Positions 49,429 to 59,717 of a stretch of 63,563 bases of DNA are shown here, piece after piece; the first letter of the stretch is position 1, and each line of letters opens with the position of its first letter. The notes under the pieces were generated by a model, which had not been told where the DNA came from, did not search any database, and worked only from the letters and a program-made list of their open reading frames with translations. The DNA lies in the IMG/VR virus record IMGVR_UViG_3300042261_001262. One strand, written 5' to 3'. Source of the DNA: an uncultured virus (IMG/VR IMGVR_UViG_3300042261_001262) (taxonomy: Duplodnaviria > Heunggongvirae > Uroviricota > Caudoviricetes). The position numbers and the translations under genes were made by a program.

Positions 49429-52110
49429 TTATCCACATGATCCACTATTCCAAGCACAATTAAAACATGTGAAACATGTTCCTAGTAATCTTAATGATCC
49501 ACCACATTCTGGACAAAATTGAACATTATTAGCTACTTCATTGTAAATAATATCATTATAGTTTTCATCTTTATTTGTAGTTTCATCAGGTTTTAATAAT
49601 CCTAATTCTTTGCGGTCATCAAACGAAAGAGCATCCATTCCTATTCTTTTACAGACATAATCAACTATACTTGTACATGATCTAATATCTGGGTCATTAG
49701 TAAATCCAGACGGATCAAATTTTTTAAACATTCCTTTTTTAAGATGTGTTTTTAAGTTATTTCCTGATTGAATTGATATACTGAAATCTGTTGCCCAACT
49801 ATCAGCAAATCCAGAAATTACGCTACCTTCTTTTGAAATTTCAAGAAACATTTCTCCCCATTCCCCAGTGTCTGGATAAAAACCTTCAATCAAATAACCT
49901 TCATCACTTCCAATTCTAAATTTTCTAATCAATCCTGGTCTTACATCTGGTAATTTTTTTCTTCCATCTTTATCTCTTTTTGGAATATTTTTTTGTTTGA
50001 AAATTGGGTCAAATATTTTTCTAAGAATTTTTAATTGTTTATTTTCTTGTTTATTTTCTTGTTTAACTTCAGTTTCTACTTTTTTGTTATCTACATTTAA
50101 AACTTGAAATGTTTTTGAACCATCTCTGTAAATTGTTATACCTTTTAATCCAAGTTTCCATGCTTGAATAAATAAATTATAAACATCTTCCACAGTACAA
50201 TTATTAGGCATATTAATTGTTTTAGACATTCCCATACTTAAGAATGGTTGAATTGCGGCACACATTTTAACATGACCCATGTAATCGATAACTCTATTAC
50301 AATCTTTTGGAGCAAGTGATGTATCAAATATTGGAATATGTTCATCTTTAATTAATGTACAAGATTCAACTGAACCATATTCTTCAATATGTTCTATTAT
50401 TGAATTAATATCTGGTTCTCGATAATTTAAATTTTTTAAAGTTTGTTCAATTATTGGATTTACATATTTAAGAGTTGCACCTTCTGAACCTGATAATGTT
50501 TTATATCTTACAAGAGCAAATTCTGGTTCAACTCCAGTTGTTGCCGCTAACATTAATGAACTTATTGTTCCTGTTGGAGCTAATAAACTTACTGTAGCAT
50601 TTCGAAATAATCCATCATTAGATACTATAGAATAAATATCATTCCATACATCTTTTACTAAGTCCATAATTTGTATTGTTGGTATTGTTCTATCTAATTT
50701 TATTACTGCATTATCATGTTTTCTAAGTACTCCATAAAAACTATTTTTATTCTTTTTAAAATGTTTAAAAGCGCCTAATTTTGTTGCTAAAAGATTACTT
50801 GTTTGATATGCAATACCAGTTAATAAAGCTGTCAATGCAGCAGCGATATTTCTTCCTTCTTTACTATCATAAGGAAGTCCTAGATACATTAAAGTTGCTC
50901 CAAAATTTGTATATCCGGCTCCAATCGGTCGATAATCAATTGAATTATTTTTAATTTCTTCTGTTGGATACGATGAATTATCAATTAGAATATCTTGAGC
51001 AATTATCATAGTTTCAACAACATCTCTTAAAGTTTTATAATCAAAATAATTATTCTCAAAAAATTTAAGTAAGTTGATACTTGCCAAGTTACAAGATGAG
51101 TTATCAATAAATGAAAATTCTCCACATGGGTTAGTTGCATTAATTCGTTCACTCTTCGCTACAGTATTCCAATCGTTAAAAGTATCATCTAGTTGAATCC
51201 CTGGATCACCATGAGACCAAGCATTTTCTGCTATTTTCCATAATAGATCTCTTGCTTTATACTTATTACATTTTTCTCCAGTTTTAATATATTTAGTCCA
51301 AAAAACATCATCATTTTCAACAGCTTTCATAAATTCATTATTTAATCTAACGCTAATATTTGTATTTTGATAAAAAACTTCATCAGATAAATCATATCCA
51401 GGTCTTGCCGTTATACCATTATTTCTAAGTATATTTAATTTTTCTTCATCTCTTACCTTACAAGTAATAAAATCTTCTATGTCTGGATGATCTATATTTA
51501 AACATACTAATTTAGCTGAACGACGTAAAGTACCGCCACTTTTAATAACACCTGCAACTGTATCATGAGCCCGCAAAAAAGAAATTGGGCCGCTGGCATA
51601 ACCACCACCACTTACTGGCTCTTTACTACTTCTAAGAGCACTCATATTAATACCTGAACCTGAACCATTTTTAAATATCATAGATTCTATTTTTGCAATA
51701 TCAAAAATAGATTCCATATTATCTTCAATTTTAAGAATAAAACAAGCACTTGTTTGTGGTTTATCATGAAGACCAACATTAAAATATACTGGAGAATTAA
51801 ATGCGAAATATTGATGTGATTGATAATATTTTAATTTAAATCTAAAATCTTCTGCCTCTTCTACTGTGAAATAACCATCTTTTATTCCCCAATTAGTAAT
51901 TGTATCAGATACTCTATCAATCATTTGTTTTAAACTTGTTTCTTTCAATTTAGCACTATTACATAAATATCTACTTGCTACAATTGCTGCTGAATTTTCA
52001 TCAAAATAATCTGGAAATTCAACTTCTTCTTCAAAGATTACTTTGCCTTCATTATTTACAATTTTCACATTCTTTTTTTCAAAAGTAATATCACTGTACG
52101 GATCTTGCAT
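49429..52110 (-). CDS. nrdJ: class II (B12-dependent) ribonucleotide reductase
   Basis: FNSP, SACFIL, TNPCGE, SCNLASINL, APTGTIS, SKTIN and YRDGSK; C-terminal TSCPD-like/Zn domain. Confidence 0.93.
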   Translation of the reverse strand: MQDPYSDITFEKKNVKIVNNEGKVIFEEEVEFPDYFDENSAAIVASRYLCNSAKLKETSLKQMIDRVSDTITNWGIKDGYFTVEEAEDFRFKLKYYQSHQYFAFNSPVYFNVGLHDKPQTSACFILKIEDNMESIFDIAKIESMIFKNGSGSGINMSALRSSKEPVSGGGYASGPISFLRAHDTVAGVIKSGGTLRRSAKLVCLNIDHPDIEDFITCKVRDEEKLNILRNNGITARPGYDLSDEVFYQNTNISVRLNNEFMKAVENDDVFWTKYIKTGEKCNKYKARDLLWKIAENAWSHGDPGIQLDDTFNDWNTVAKSERINATNPCGEFSFIDNSSCNLASINLLKFFENNYFDYKTLRDVVETMIIAQDILIDNSSYPTEEIKNNSIDYRPIGAGYTNFGATLMYLGLPYDSKEGRNIAAALTALLTGIAYQTSNLLATKLGAFKHFKKNKNSFYGVLRKHDNAVIKLDRTIPTIQIMDLVKDVWNDIYSIVSNDGLFRNATVSLLAPTGTISSLMLAATTGVEPEFALVRYKTLSGSEGATLKYVNPIIEQTLKNLNYREPDINSIIEHIEEYGSVESCTLIKDEHIPIFDTSLAPKDCNRVIDYMGHVKMCAAIQPFLSMGMSKTINMPNNCTVEDVYNLFIQAWKLGLKGITIYRDGSKTFQVLNVDNKKVETEVKQENKQENKQLKILRKIFDPIFKQKNIPKRDKDGRKKLPDVRPGLIRKFRIGSDEGYLIEGFYPDTGEWGEMFLEISKEGSVISGFADSWATDFSISIQSGNNLKTHLKKGMFKKFDPSGFTNDPDIRSCTSIVDYVCKRIGMDALSFDDRKELGLLKPDETTNKDENYNDIIYNEVANNVQFCPECGGSLRLLGTCFTCFNCAWNSGSCG

Positions 52111-52310
52111 TACGCCTCCATTGGAATTAATTTTATCTTAAAGGTTTTATGATATTTCTTTTCGTAACTTGAAGACATTTTAAAAACTTGATTAATATTT
52201 AGTTTACAATTACAATTTGGACATTTAGTGAGTTTTGGATTTGATTTATCAGTGAAACTAAAATATATATTAACTTCAGATAATTCATTATTACAACTTG
52301 GACAGTTCAT
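52110..52310 (-). CDS. small Zn-ribbon protein (probable start MNCPSC)
   Basis: AGGAGG RBS; CPSC...CPNC. Confidence 0.6.
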   Translation of the reverse strand: MNCPSCNNELSEVNIYFSFTDKSNPKLTKCPNCNCKLNINQVFKMSSSYEKKYHKTFKIKLIPMEA

Positions 52311-52347
52311 TACACCTCCTAAAAAATTATTTAAAACAAAAAAAGTC

Positions 52348-52415
52348 GTGGTGGGGAACCACATGGTGTAACTTGTCTGATAGAAGCACCATGTGGTTAT
52401 CTGATCCCTCACCAT
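52348..52415 (-). ncRNA. candidate hairpin small RNA
   Basis: Nested stems AACCACATGGTG/CACCATGTGGTT and ATGGTGAGGG/CCCCACCAC; starts just after a promoter motif and ends in a T-run. Confidence 0.45.
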
Positions 52416-52426
52416 AGATATTATTT

Positions 52427-52504
52427 CTATATAAAAAGTGAAAAAAGAAAAATGGTGAGGATTAGAACCTCAAACAAGAAGCCGCTTGGATAGCGGTTCT
52501 TCAT
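52427..52504 (-). CDS. candidate 25-aa hydrophobic peptide MKNRYPSGFLFEVLILTIFLFSLFI
   Basis: Perfect AAGGAGGT RBS; promoter motif at 52562-52570. Confidence 0.35.
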   Translation of the reverse strand: MKNRYPSGFLFEVLILTIFLFSLFI

Positions 52505-52943
52505 TGTCCACCTCCTTGGTGTATGCCTCCCTTACTGCGGTGAGGGCTTACTATATTACTAATTTCTATATCAAATCTCTAAATATACAAAAATTTTTAG
52601 ATTTATTATCTATACTCATAACATGAATTCTAGAACTATTTTTAATAAATGAAAAACTTTCGTTTTTAAATTCAATACGATAACAATCTGGAATATGACA
52701 TGTTAATAAAAATATGTCCATTTTTTCAACAAAACTACAATTTATTACTAAATCTGATGTTGCATTTTTAAGTTTATCTAAATGTTTATCGCTAAAAAAC
52801 TCTTCTTTAAACACTGTATCTCTTTCACATCTTCTTTTTATGATATTTTTAAGTAAGATAAATTTATTTTTAATAGTATCTTCATTTAATATTTTTTTAA
52901 GTTTTAAAAAATCTTTATGTTCTTTTTTTCATCGGATATCATT

Positions 52944-53450
52944 TTAAACTTCCAAATATTCAAATTTTGCTTTACAATTATAAAGTAATGAGAAATATAT
53001 TTTCTTTAATATTTGTTCAACTTTATTTCTATACTCCTCATCCTCTGTATCCCTAACACCATCCGAATGCCAATGATTATTATTTTTTATAGTTCTAAAC
53101 ATAATCTTATCATAACTATTCATATGAGATAATGCAAATTTAAACATATCATGTGCAAGATCTTGAAATCCAAAATATTTAGTATAAGCAATAGGATCAA
53201 ATATAGTTCTGTCCGTTATCAAAATATCATACTTTGTAGATAAGTATATTTCACTTTGTAATTGATTTGAGAATATCCACAATTGAGCTTCTATTGGTTT
53301 ATTTTTATTAAAGCCAACAGGGGAATGTTTAGCATTCTCCATAAAAATTCCAACAGTTTTATTTGGATTTTCAATTTTCATTTTAGTTGCTAATTCATAG
53401 ACAGCTGTTGTTTTACCTGTTCCATGAGTACCTGTATATGAAAGTTTCAT
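52944..53450 (-). CDS. P-loop NadR/AAA_28-like nucleotide kinase/ATPase
   Basis: TGTHGTGKTT, ITDRTIFD and DGVRD. Confidence 0.75.
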   Translation of the reverse strand: MKLSYTGTHGTGKTTAVYELATKMKIENPNKTVGIFMENAKHSPVGFNKNKPIEAQLWIFSNQLQSEIYLSTKYDILITDRTIFDPIAYTKYFGFQDLAHDMFKFALSHMNSYDKIMFRTIKNNNHWHSDGVRDTEDEEYRNKVEQILKKIYFSLLYNCKAKFEYLEV

Positions 53451-53460
53451 ATGTCTCCTT

Positions 53461-55392
53461 TTAAAAACGGCTTTGTAATATTTGTTTAAGAGTTGCTACA
53501 GGATGTAATAGTCCTCTTAAACCAGGTTTTGGAATACCATAAGTTTCATTTTCTCCTGCTGGATAATAAAAATCTAAATCAGTTGCATTTAATGCTGCCA
53601 TAATATCTGGCACAAATTTAGATGGAGTATATATTCTGCAATTTTGACTAATTCTTCCAACTCTATGAATTAATTGAGCTAGAGGTGTTTTTGTAATTAA
53701 TTCTCCTTGTTTTTCAACAGATGGAATATATAAATCTCTAATTGAAACATTCATTCCAGAACCTATACTATCTGTTGCTAGTAAAATATTTAAATCACCT
53801 CTTGTATATAATTCTTGAATAATCATATTATCATATTTATTTCTTTCAAAATCAGGATCATTATCTTTAAGTCTATATAAAACTGCAATTTTAGAAATTG
53901 CTGCTTGTCTTAAAAAATCATTTTTAATTAAACTTATATGAGGTTGTCCTCTAACTATATCAACATCACTTTCATCAAAGTATGGATTTTGTTCAGTTAC
54001 TCTTTTACCTCTATAATTAAATTTCTCTTTGAATCCAGGACTTGGAGGAATAGGATGAAAATTACTCTGACCAGAACCTTGAGCACAATAATCAACAATT
54101 TCATTTATTCTTTTAATACTAAATAAAACTACTCCAACTTGTTTTCTAGAATGAGATAAAAGAGTTTTGACTAAATCTTTAACATACCTAAAATCTTGAA
54201 GATCATCAAGATCAAATACTTTAATTGTTGCTAAATTGGCTGCACTTGATACAAATGGATCACTGAAATTTCTACCATATGTTGAATTTAAAAAATTTAT
54301 AAAATTTTTGGCGGTTATTACATATTGTGTTCCAGTTAAAACAACTAATCTTGCCTGTTTAGCTTTAGGTGATAATAATGTAAAATGAATGGCATCACTT
54401 ATTTGTTCAGCCCTTGCATCTGTATCTTTAACGCCAGTTTTTTGAGATGTTTGAATTTCATCAAAAACGATTAATTTAATATTATCCATCGAATCTATTA
54501 TTTTTGATTCTTTAATGGATTCATATATACTAATAACAACAGGTTTTTTTATACTACCAGAGGCAGCACCAGTTGTATCATATCCTTTAAATTTCATGCC
54601 GATTAATTTTCTTTTAATAAAATTCTCAATAATCGGAGGACATGCTTCGAAAACTGAGTTTATTAATCTTTGTAGTTCGTTCATTAATGAATTATAGTAT
54701 GGGTCACCTTGTTGATGATTTAATAATTCTTGTTTAACTCTTAATATTTCTTGTCTTACAAAATCTAAAGTATTTGCTTCTTGATGTTGATCAGAAGAAG
54801 ATGCCATATGTATAAAAGTCATTAATAGTTCAATTGGAAATTTACTTTGATCATTTGGATTATCTTGAATATATCTAAAAATCATGGAATTGAAATATTG
54901 TAAAAATAATATGGCAAAATCTTTTGTAAATTCATCAAATACTATTTGATGATTTAATTGTCTTATAGGACTACACCATAATATTTGTGGAATATTTTGA
55001 GGTTCATCAATAAGTCTTTTAAAATTAGTTATTGAAGATTGAAGTAGATTTGGATCTTGTTCTAATCTAACATTTATTCCTAATATTTCTTGGGCCCAAT
55101 ATATAATAACCGGCAGAGTTTTCCCACCACCTGGTGATTGAGTCATTATGAATGTATCTCTGCCATTTTCTCCTTTTAATTGATTTATAATTTGATTTTG
55201 CCAAGGATATAATTGATGACCTTGTTTAAGTTTAAATCCAACACTTATTTGTGATGGTGGAAACATATGTAATGTATTTGGTTGATTAGGAGCATTTGGG
55301 GGAGCCTGTCCTACAGGTCCTTGTGCTCCAGTTGATTGATCATATCTTGAAGAGGTTATTGCTCCTCCAATTAATTCATAAATACTCTTCAT
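53461..55392 (-). CDS. SF2 (Ski2-like) helicase
   Basis: LYPWQ, QSPGGGKT, SPIRQL, FDEIQ, LTGT, ATDSIGSGMN and QLIHRVGR. Confidence 0.8.
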   Translation of the reverse strand: MKSIYELIGGAITSSRYDQSTGAQGPVGQAPPNAPNQPNTLHMFPPSQISVGFKLKQGHQLYPWQNQIINQLKGENGRDTFIMTQSPGGGKTLPVIIYWAQEILGINVRLEQDPNLLQSSITNFKRLIDEPQNIPQILWCSPIRQLNHQIVFDEFTKDFAILFLQYFNSMIFRYIQDNPNDQSKFPIELLMTFIHMASSSDQHQEANTLDFVRQEILRVKQELLNHQQGDPYYNSLMNELQRLINSVFEACPPIIENFIKRKLIGMKFKGYDTTGAASGSIKKPVVISIYESIKESKIIDSMDNIKLIVFDEIQTSQKTGVKDTDARAEQISDAIHFTLLSPKAKQARLVVLTGTQYVITAKNFINFLNSTYGRNFSDPFVSSAANLATIKVFDLDDLQDFRYVKDLVKTLLSHSRKQVGVVLFSIKRINEIVDYCAQGSGQSNFHPIPPSPGFKEKFNYRGKRVTEQNPYFDESDVDIVRGQPHISLIKNDFLRQAAISKIAVLYRLKDNDPDFERNKYDNMIIQELYTRGDLNILLATDSIGSGMNVSIRDLYIPSVEKQGELITKTPLAQLIHRVGRISQNCRIYTPSKFVPDIMAALNATDLDFYYPAGENETYGIPKPGLRGLLHPVATLKQILQSRF

Positions 55393-55401
55393 AATATTCT
55401 C

Positions 55402-56709
55402 CTACTGTTTAGTAGCAGCATATATTGTTGTCGCTGCATCTAATTTAATTTGATATGGACATTCTCCAATATTTGTTATATATGACCAAATAGATTCAGC
55501 ATGTGCTGGATGCATTTTAGTTTTTGCTTCTTCTTGAGCTTCTTTTGTAAAAAGAGCTAATACAGCAAATTGATCACCATCAAAATCACCAGTTGTCCTG
55601 GGTAAATCAAGAGGATTTAATCTCATACTAATGCCATCATTATCAACTCGAACATTGGCAGCAAGCCAGCTATCACGGGAGTTGACAGGATCTCTTTTAT
55701 AGATTATTACTTTATCTCTGATAATTTCTTCTGCTACATGAACAAAATATTCTCTAAGTTGTGGAGTTACTATTTCTGGCTCATTAATTATATTTGTAAA
55801 TAATCTTTTAAGATCATTAATATCTGGCGGAGTTTCAGATTTCAATAATTGTTGTATAACTCCTAAAGCACTAGAATCTTTTTTCAGTATATAATTAAGA
55901 GCAAATGGTTCATATAATTTTAATACTACTTGCCATGGTAATCCAACTGTACCAAGTTTAAGAGTGTGATCTCCTGTTACAACTAATCTTGCAGAATAAT
56001 CTGTTGATTTTCTTAATAATCCACCTCTAATAAGACCAGATTTTCCTTTCATTCTATCTTTTATCCAATTATTAATATCACAAACTGTTCTTTGTATTTG
56101 ATCAATAACAGGATTCTTAATTTCATTTGGTAAAGTTTGGATGTTAGTACCTAACATGTTAGTTTGCCGAACTAAAGAACCATATTTTTCCGAGAGATCT
56201 ACGAAATTTACAATAGTTTGATTAGATGATCTTGATATGGATAAATCTCTGATTCCCGCCGGTAGAACTAAATATTTATCAATAAAGATTTTATCTCTAT
56301 TATCTTTTATGAATTTTATATTTTTATTTTTGAATTTTTTAAATCTATCCAGATTTATTTTATCAAAAATTTCAATAAAGTATGAAACTCCTGAATCTCC
56401 ATTTTTTTCATCAACTACTAATAATCCACCCTCTATAATATATTTTTCTTTATGATTTATTAATTTTGGTATATTTGGATCTAAACTTAATATAATAGGA
56501 TATACTTCTGGATGAATAATCTTTGTTCTTAAGTCAATATAAGCAAAAGTTCTTCTTCTTTCAGCAGAACCAAATCTTCCAAAAATTTCCTCCGAGAATA
56601 ATCCATTCGGATCAGTCTTTTCAACCTTTTCATACATTCTAACAGTTGTTACAGGTTTTAACTTATTCTTTTCTACAAATTCATCAATATCCAATAGTTT
56701 AAGTTTCAT
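55402..56709 (-). CDS. rpoC: RNA polymerase beta' subunit, N-terminal catalytic part
   Basis: GLFSEEIFG, GKSGLIR, DYSARLV, KRDP and metal-binding GDFDGD. Confidence 0.92.
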   Translation of the reverse strand: MKLKLLDIDEFVEKNKLKPVTTVRMYEKVEKTDPNGLFSEEIFGRFGSAERRRTFAYIDLRTKIIHPEVYPIILSLDPNIPKLINHKEKYIIEGGLLVVDEKNGDSGVSYFIEIFDKINLDRFKKFKNKNIKFIKDNRDKIFIDKYLVLPAGIRDLSISRSSNQTIVNFVDLSEKYGSLVRQTNMLGTNIQTLPNEIKNPVIDQIQRTVCDINNWIKDRMKGKSGLIRGGLLRKSTDYSARLVVTGDHTLKLGTVGLPWQVVLKLYEPFALNYILKKDSSALGVIQQLLKSETPPDINDLKRLFTNIINEPEIVTPQLREYFVHVAEEIIRDKVIIYKRDPVNSRDSWLAANVRVDNDGISMRLNPLDLPRTTGDFDGDQFAVLALFTKEAQEEAKTKMHPAHAESIWSYITNIGECPYQIKLDAATTIYAATKQ

Positions 56710-56812
56710 AGTTAGTTACTCCTAAAAAGAAATAAAAAGAGAAACTTCACGAGTCTCTTAGTCTCGGAGGGTTTTTAACGACCATTCCATGTCGATGAGT
56801 TCTGAGGAAGGA

Positions 56813-57547
56813 TTAGGCGTATGCCTGATCCCCCTCAAACTCGAGGATACTGTCGTCGATGAAGGGTTTTAAAACCACTTCTGGTTCTATATCTGGAAAC
56901 GGATCTTTTCCGTTTCCAGATATGAAATCATTGATTTCGTTAGCTTTGGTAGGACCTATTCGCTCTACCAAATATTTCAGCATCTCGGGACGGTGAAGGT
57001 ATTCACCGTAATCCCCAAATGAATGGGGAAGTAGACACATAAGTTCATAAAGACGCCAGCATTCCCGAACGGGAATACTGAGTCCATCTACAGGAACAAT
57101 TCGAATCATTAACGATTCGAATTCCTCCCCAAATGGAGTTGATGTCTTCCGCTTGACGTCGAGGATATAATCCTCTCCGCCAAGCCTGCCAAGTCTGAAC
57201 GTGTCAGGCGGTTGTCGCCGCCTGAGGTAATGGGCGACTGTTAAGTTCTGAAACCTTTCGTCAACGTTTGTTTCCCTGAAGAACCAAACGTCCCAATCAT
57301 TGGTTCCGTTGCCATTTCGGCGATCGGTTTTTGCTTCTAGTCGGAGCAAGATTCCGATATGATCGGAACCTTTCCATACTTCAAAGAAATGGCGGTTGTT
57401 TTTATCCGCCATTTGTTTGTTATTTCTGATCGCAACAAACTGCTGGAACTTTGCATTGTAATTATACATTTTTTCCTCCTTTTTAATTAGGCCCGAAGGC
57501 CGTTGTGTTATTAATATAATTTCTATATACAAGGAGGAAATATACAA
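56813..57547 (-). CDS. hypothetical protein, GC-richer (probable start MYNYNA at 57469)
   Basis: AGGAGG RBS; promoter motif at 57519-57527. Confidence 0.65.
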   Translation of the reverse strand: MYISSLYIEIILITQRPSGLIKKEEKMYNYNAKFQQFVAIRNNKQMADKNNRHFFEVWKGSDHIGILLRLEAKTDRRNGNGTNDWDVWFFRETNVDERFQNLTVAHYLRRRQPPDTFRLGRLGGEDYILDVKRKTSTPFGEEFESLMIRIVPVDGLSIPVRECWRLYELMCLLPHSFGDYGEYLHRPEMLKYLVERIGPTKANEINDFISGNGKDPFPDIEPEVVLKPFIDDSILEFEGDQAYA

Positions 57548-57591
57548 AATTAGTTACTCCAAATAAAAAATAACCCCCGAAGGGGTGAGAC

Positions 57592-57930
57592 TCAGGCTTG
57601 TGCCTGAATCTCATCATTTCCAGTTTGTCGCATAATCTGCTTAATTTCTCCATTTATGAACTCAATAAGTTCTAAATGAGATAAATTATTCAAATTCTTT
57701 ATCGCTTTTTCAAATTCATCGGAAAGATTTATATCAACGTCCTCAATTGTTGCTGAACCCAGAAAAACGAGATCAGCAAATTTTGTCATCGGAGTTTGTC
57801 CAGATGTAATCATTTCAGTATATTTAATTTTTTCTCCATTAATAACGACAAAGACCTCTGAAAGACCGTCTTGTCGTCTCAGTTCATCTGATGTTTGGCT
57901 GAAGTAAAAATCCTTTAACTCTTTTTCCAT
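57592..57930 (-). CDS. hypothetical protein
   Basis: RBS, upstream promoter motif and downstream hairpin. Confidence 0.6.
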   Translation of the reverse strand: MEKELKDFYFSQTSDELRRQDGLSEVFVVINGEKIKYTEMITSGQTPMTKFADLVFLGSATIEDVDINLSDEFEKAIKNLNNLSHLELIEFINGEIKQIMRQTGNDEIQAQA

Positions 57931-58019
57931 TTTTCTCCTTCTGATTTTATGTACAAAGAGAAATTTCTACGTGTCTCTCATTTTAAAATAATTTCTATAT
58001 AAACTACGATTATACAAAA

Positions 58020-58715
58020 TTATCCCATATCACTAACTACATCATATTCTGGCGCTTTTATTGATGGATCTGGTTTAGTTGGATCTCTATATTTCTTATA
58101 TTCATTTTGTAAATATGTATATAACAGTTCGGCCAAATTATCAACATTATTTGTTTTTCTAAGGTATCTCATCACATAATAATTGTCTTCTTTACCATTC
58201 CAATCTTTTATATATTTTCCAATTCCATATTTGTTATCTTGCCGGAACCTATTTAATACATTTTTAGCAAGATATAATTTATAAATATCTGTTACACTCA
58301 TATTTACTATTTTACATAAGCTTGTAAATATAGTAATCATTACAGTTCTTTTAGCTAATGCACAAGTTGCCAAATCTTCTATACCAACTTTTAAATCATT
58401 ATTATAATAAACTTTTTCATCTTTAAAAGCTTTTTCAATATAAGTAATTCCTTCATCTTTTGAATAATCCATAAATCTCATTATATCGCTCATTACAAAG
58501 TGCCAGATATCAATTAACTCCATTTTAATTTCTTCATAATCTTCATCTTGTTTTTTCCACCACTTCCAATCTGTCCATTCCATCATTTCGGCACATTCAG
58601 TCCAAATAGCTCTGTACCATGGAATCTGTTTATTTTTCCAATCTTTTCCATTAGTATGAATATTTAATTCATCTTGCAATCTAAACATTTCTTTTATCAT
58701 TTGTTTTTCAGTCAT
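58020..58715 (-). CDS. dut: dimeric all-alpha dUTPase (dUTPase_2 family)
   Basis: LQDELN, ECAE, WKWWK, ELIDIWHF, KNVLNRFRQD and EDN. Confidence 0.9.
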   Translation of the reverse strand: MTEKQMIKEMFRLQDELNIHTNGKDWKNKQIPWYRAIWTECAEMMEWTDWKWWKKQDEDYEEIKMELIDIWHFVMSDIMRFMDYSKDEGITYIEKAFKDEKVYYNNDLKVGIEDLATCALAKRTVMITIFTSLCKIVNMSVTDIYKLYLAKNVLNRFRQDNKYGIGKYIKDWNGKEDNYYVMRYLRKTNNVDNLAELLYTYLQNEYKKYRDPTKPDPSIKAPEYDVVSDMG

Positions 58716-59305
58716 TTGTTCTCCTCAATATCTTCTATATATTTTTTTAAATCACTTGGTCTTTGTTTTATAGATTTTAAATTTCTATAAATTATACCTT
58801 TTGGATCATCTGATGAATATTCAAAGTTTTGTATATTATCTTCTTCTATACACCATTGAAGAACGTTTCGTTTTTCTTCTTTGAATTTTCTTACTAAATA
58901 TGTTTGTGTATTATCGTCTATTGAAAATAATTCTTTTAAAATTTCAGAAGAACATTTTAAAAAGACTTCATTTGATTTTTTATATCTTTTTATTTCACAA
59001 TTTTGTTTTTGGCCAGCATTGTCATAAATTCTAACTATAGTATAATAGTTTTTTTCGATCAAAATCTCATCAAATAAAATTACAATTCCAGTATCAAAGT
59101 TTAATCCTGAATATGTTGCAACTGAAATTTTATTAATTGAACTTTTATTTGTAACTCCTGATATTGTTGAATAATTTTTAAGAGCAGTTTTAGTATCTCG
59201 TTCTCTCTGTTTTTCTTGTTCTTTCTGTTTTCTCAAATCTCGTAATGTTTTAAATTCCTTGAAAGTTTTTCCAGTTTCAAATGTAAATTCCACTTTCGCC
59301 TCCAT
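58712..59305 (-). CDS. hypothetical protein
   Basis: Long ORF. Confidence 0.6.
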   Translation of the reverse strand: MEAKVEFTFETGKTFKEFKTLRDLRKQKEQEKQRERDTKTALKNYSTISGVTNKSSINKISVATYSGLNFDTGIVILFDEILIEKNYYTIVRIYDNAGQKQNCEIKRYKKSNEVFLKCSSEILKELFSIDDNTQTYLVRKFKEEKRNVLQWCIEEDNIQNFEYSSDDPKGIIYRNLKSIKQRPSDLKKYIEDIEENK

Positions 59306-59322
59306 TTTTATTAAATAACATA

Positions 59323-59664
59323 TTAAAATTTATAGAGTCTTATTAAACTTTTCTTTTTTACTTTAAATCCAAATTTTTTATAGAATTTTTTTAGATCATT
59401 ATAAGACATATCACCATATGGGTTTATGTCTAAGAGAATATTAATTTCTTCTAAATCTGCCCAATCAACTAATTCATTCATTAACTCAGTAGCTATACCT
59501 CTATTTCTTATCTTTTCTGGAACATTTAATCTATTGAAGTAGTACCAAGTTTGATTTTTTGATTTAATTTCATAAATATCATTTACTAATGATTCTTCCA
59601 TTATCGTTAATTCGGCGAGAGCTAGATAATGATCTATTTTTCTAAAAAACGTTTTAGTGAACAT
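59323..59664 (-). CDS. GNAT-family N-acetyltransferase
   Basis: VPEKIRNRGIATELM and FYKKFGF. Confidence 0.8.
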   Translation of the reverse strand: MFTKTFFRKIDHYLALAELTIMEESLVNDIYEIKSKNQTWYYFNRLNVPEKIRNRGIATELMNELVDWADLEEINILLDINPYGDMSYNDLKKFYKKFGFKVKKKSLIRLYKF

Positions 59665-59717
59665 AAACTCCCTTCAAAAAAGTTGAGCGGCGGTGTTCTG
59701 CCGCTCAACTCGTAATT

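Noticed and set aside
52320..52560. Cobalamin riboswitch upstream of nrdJ
   Set aside because: I could not find the B12-box or GCCACTG consensus; the structure is simple hairpins.
56737..56812. Possible ribozyme or ncRNA between the 56813 ORF and rpoC
   Set aside because: Only short hairpins consistent with a terminator or leader; no recognisable catalytic core.
1434..58715. Uracil-substituted genome as in PBS1/AR9
   Set aside because: A dUTPase and a UDG-like gene argue against dU-DNA, and nothing in the window supports it.
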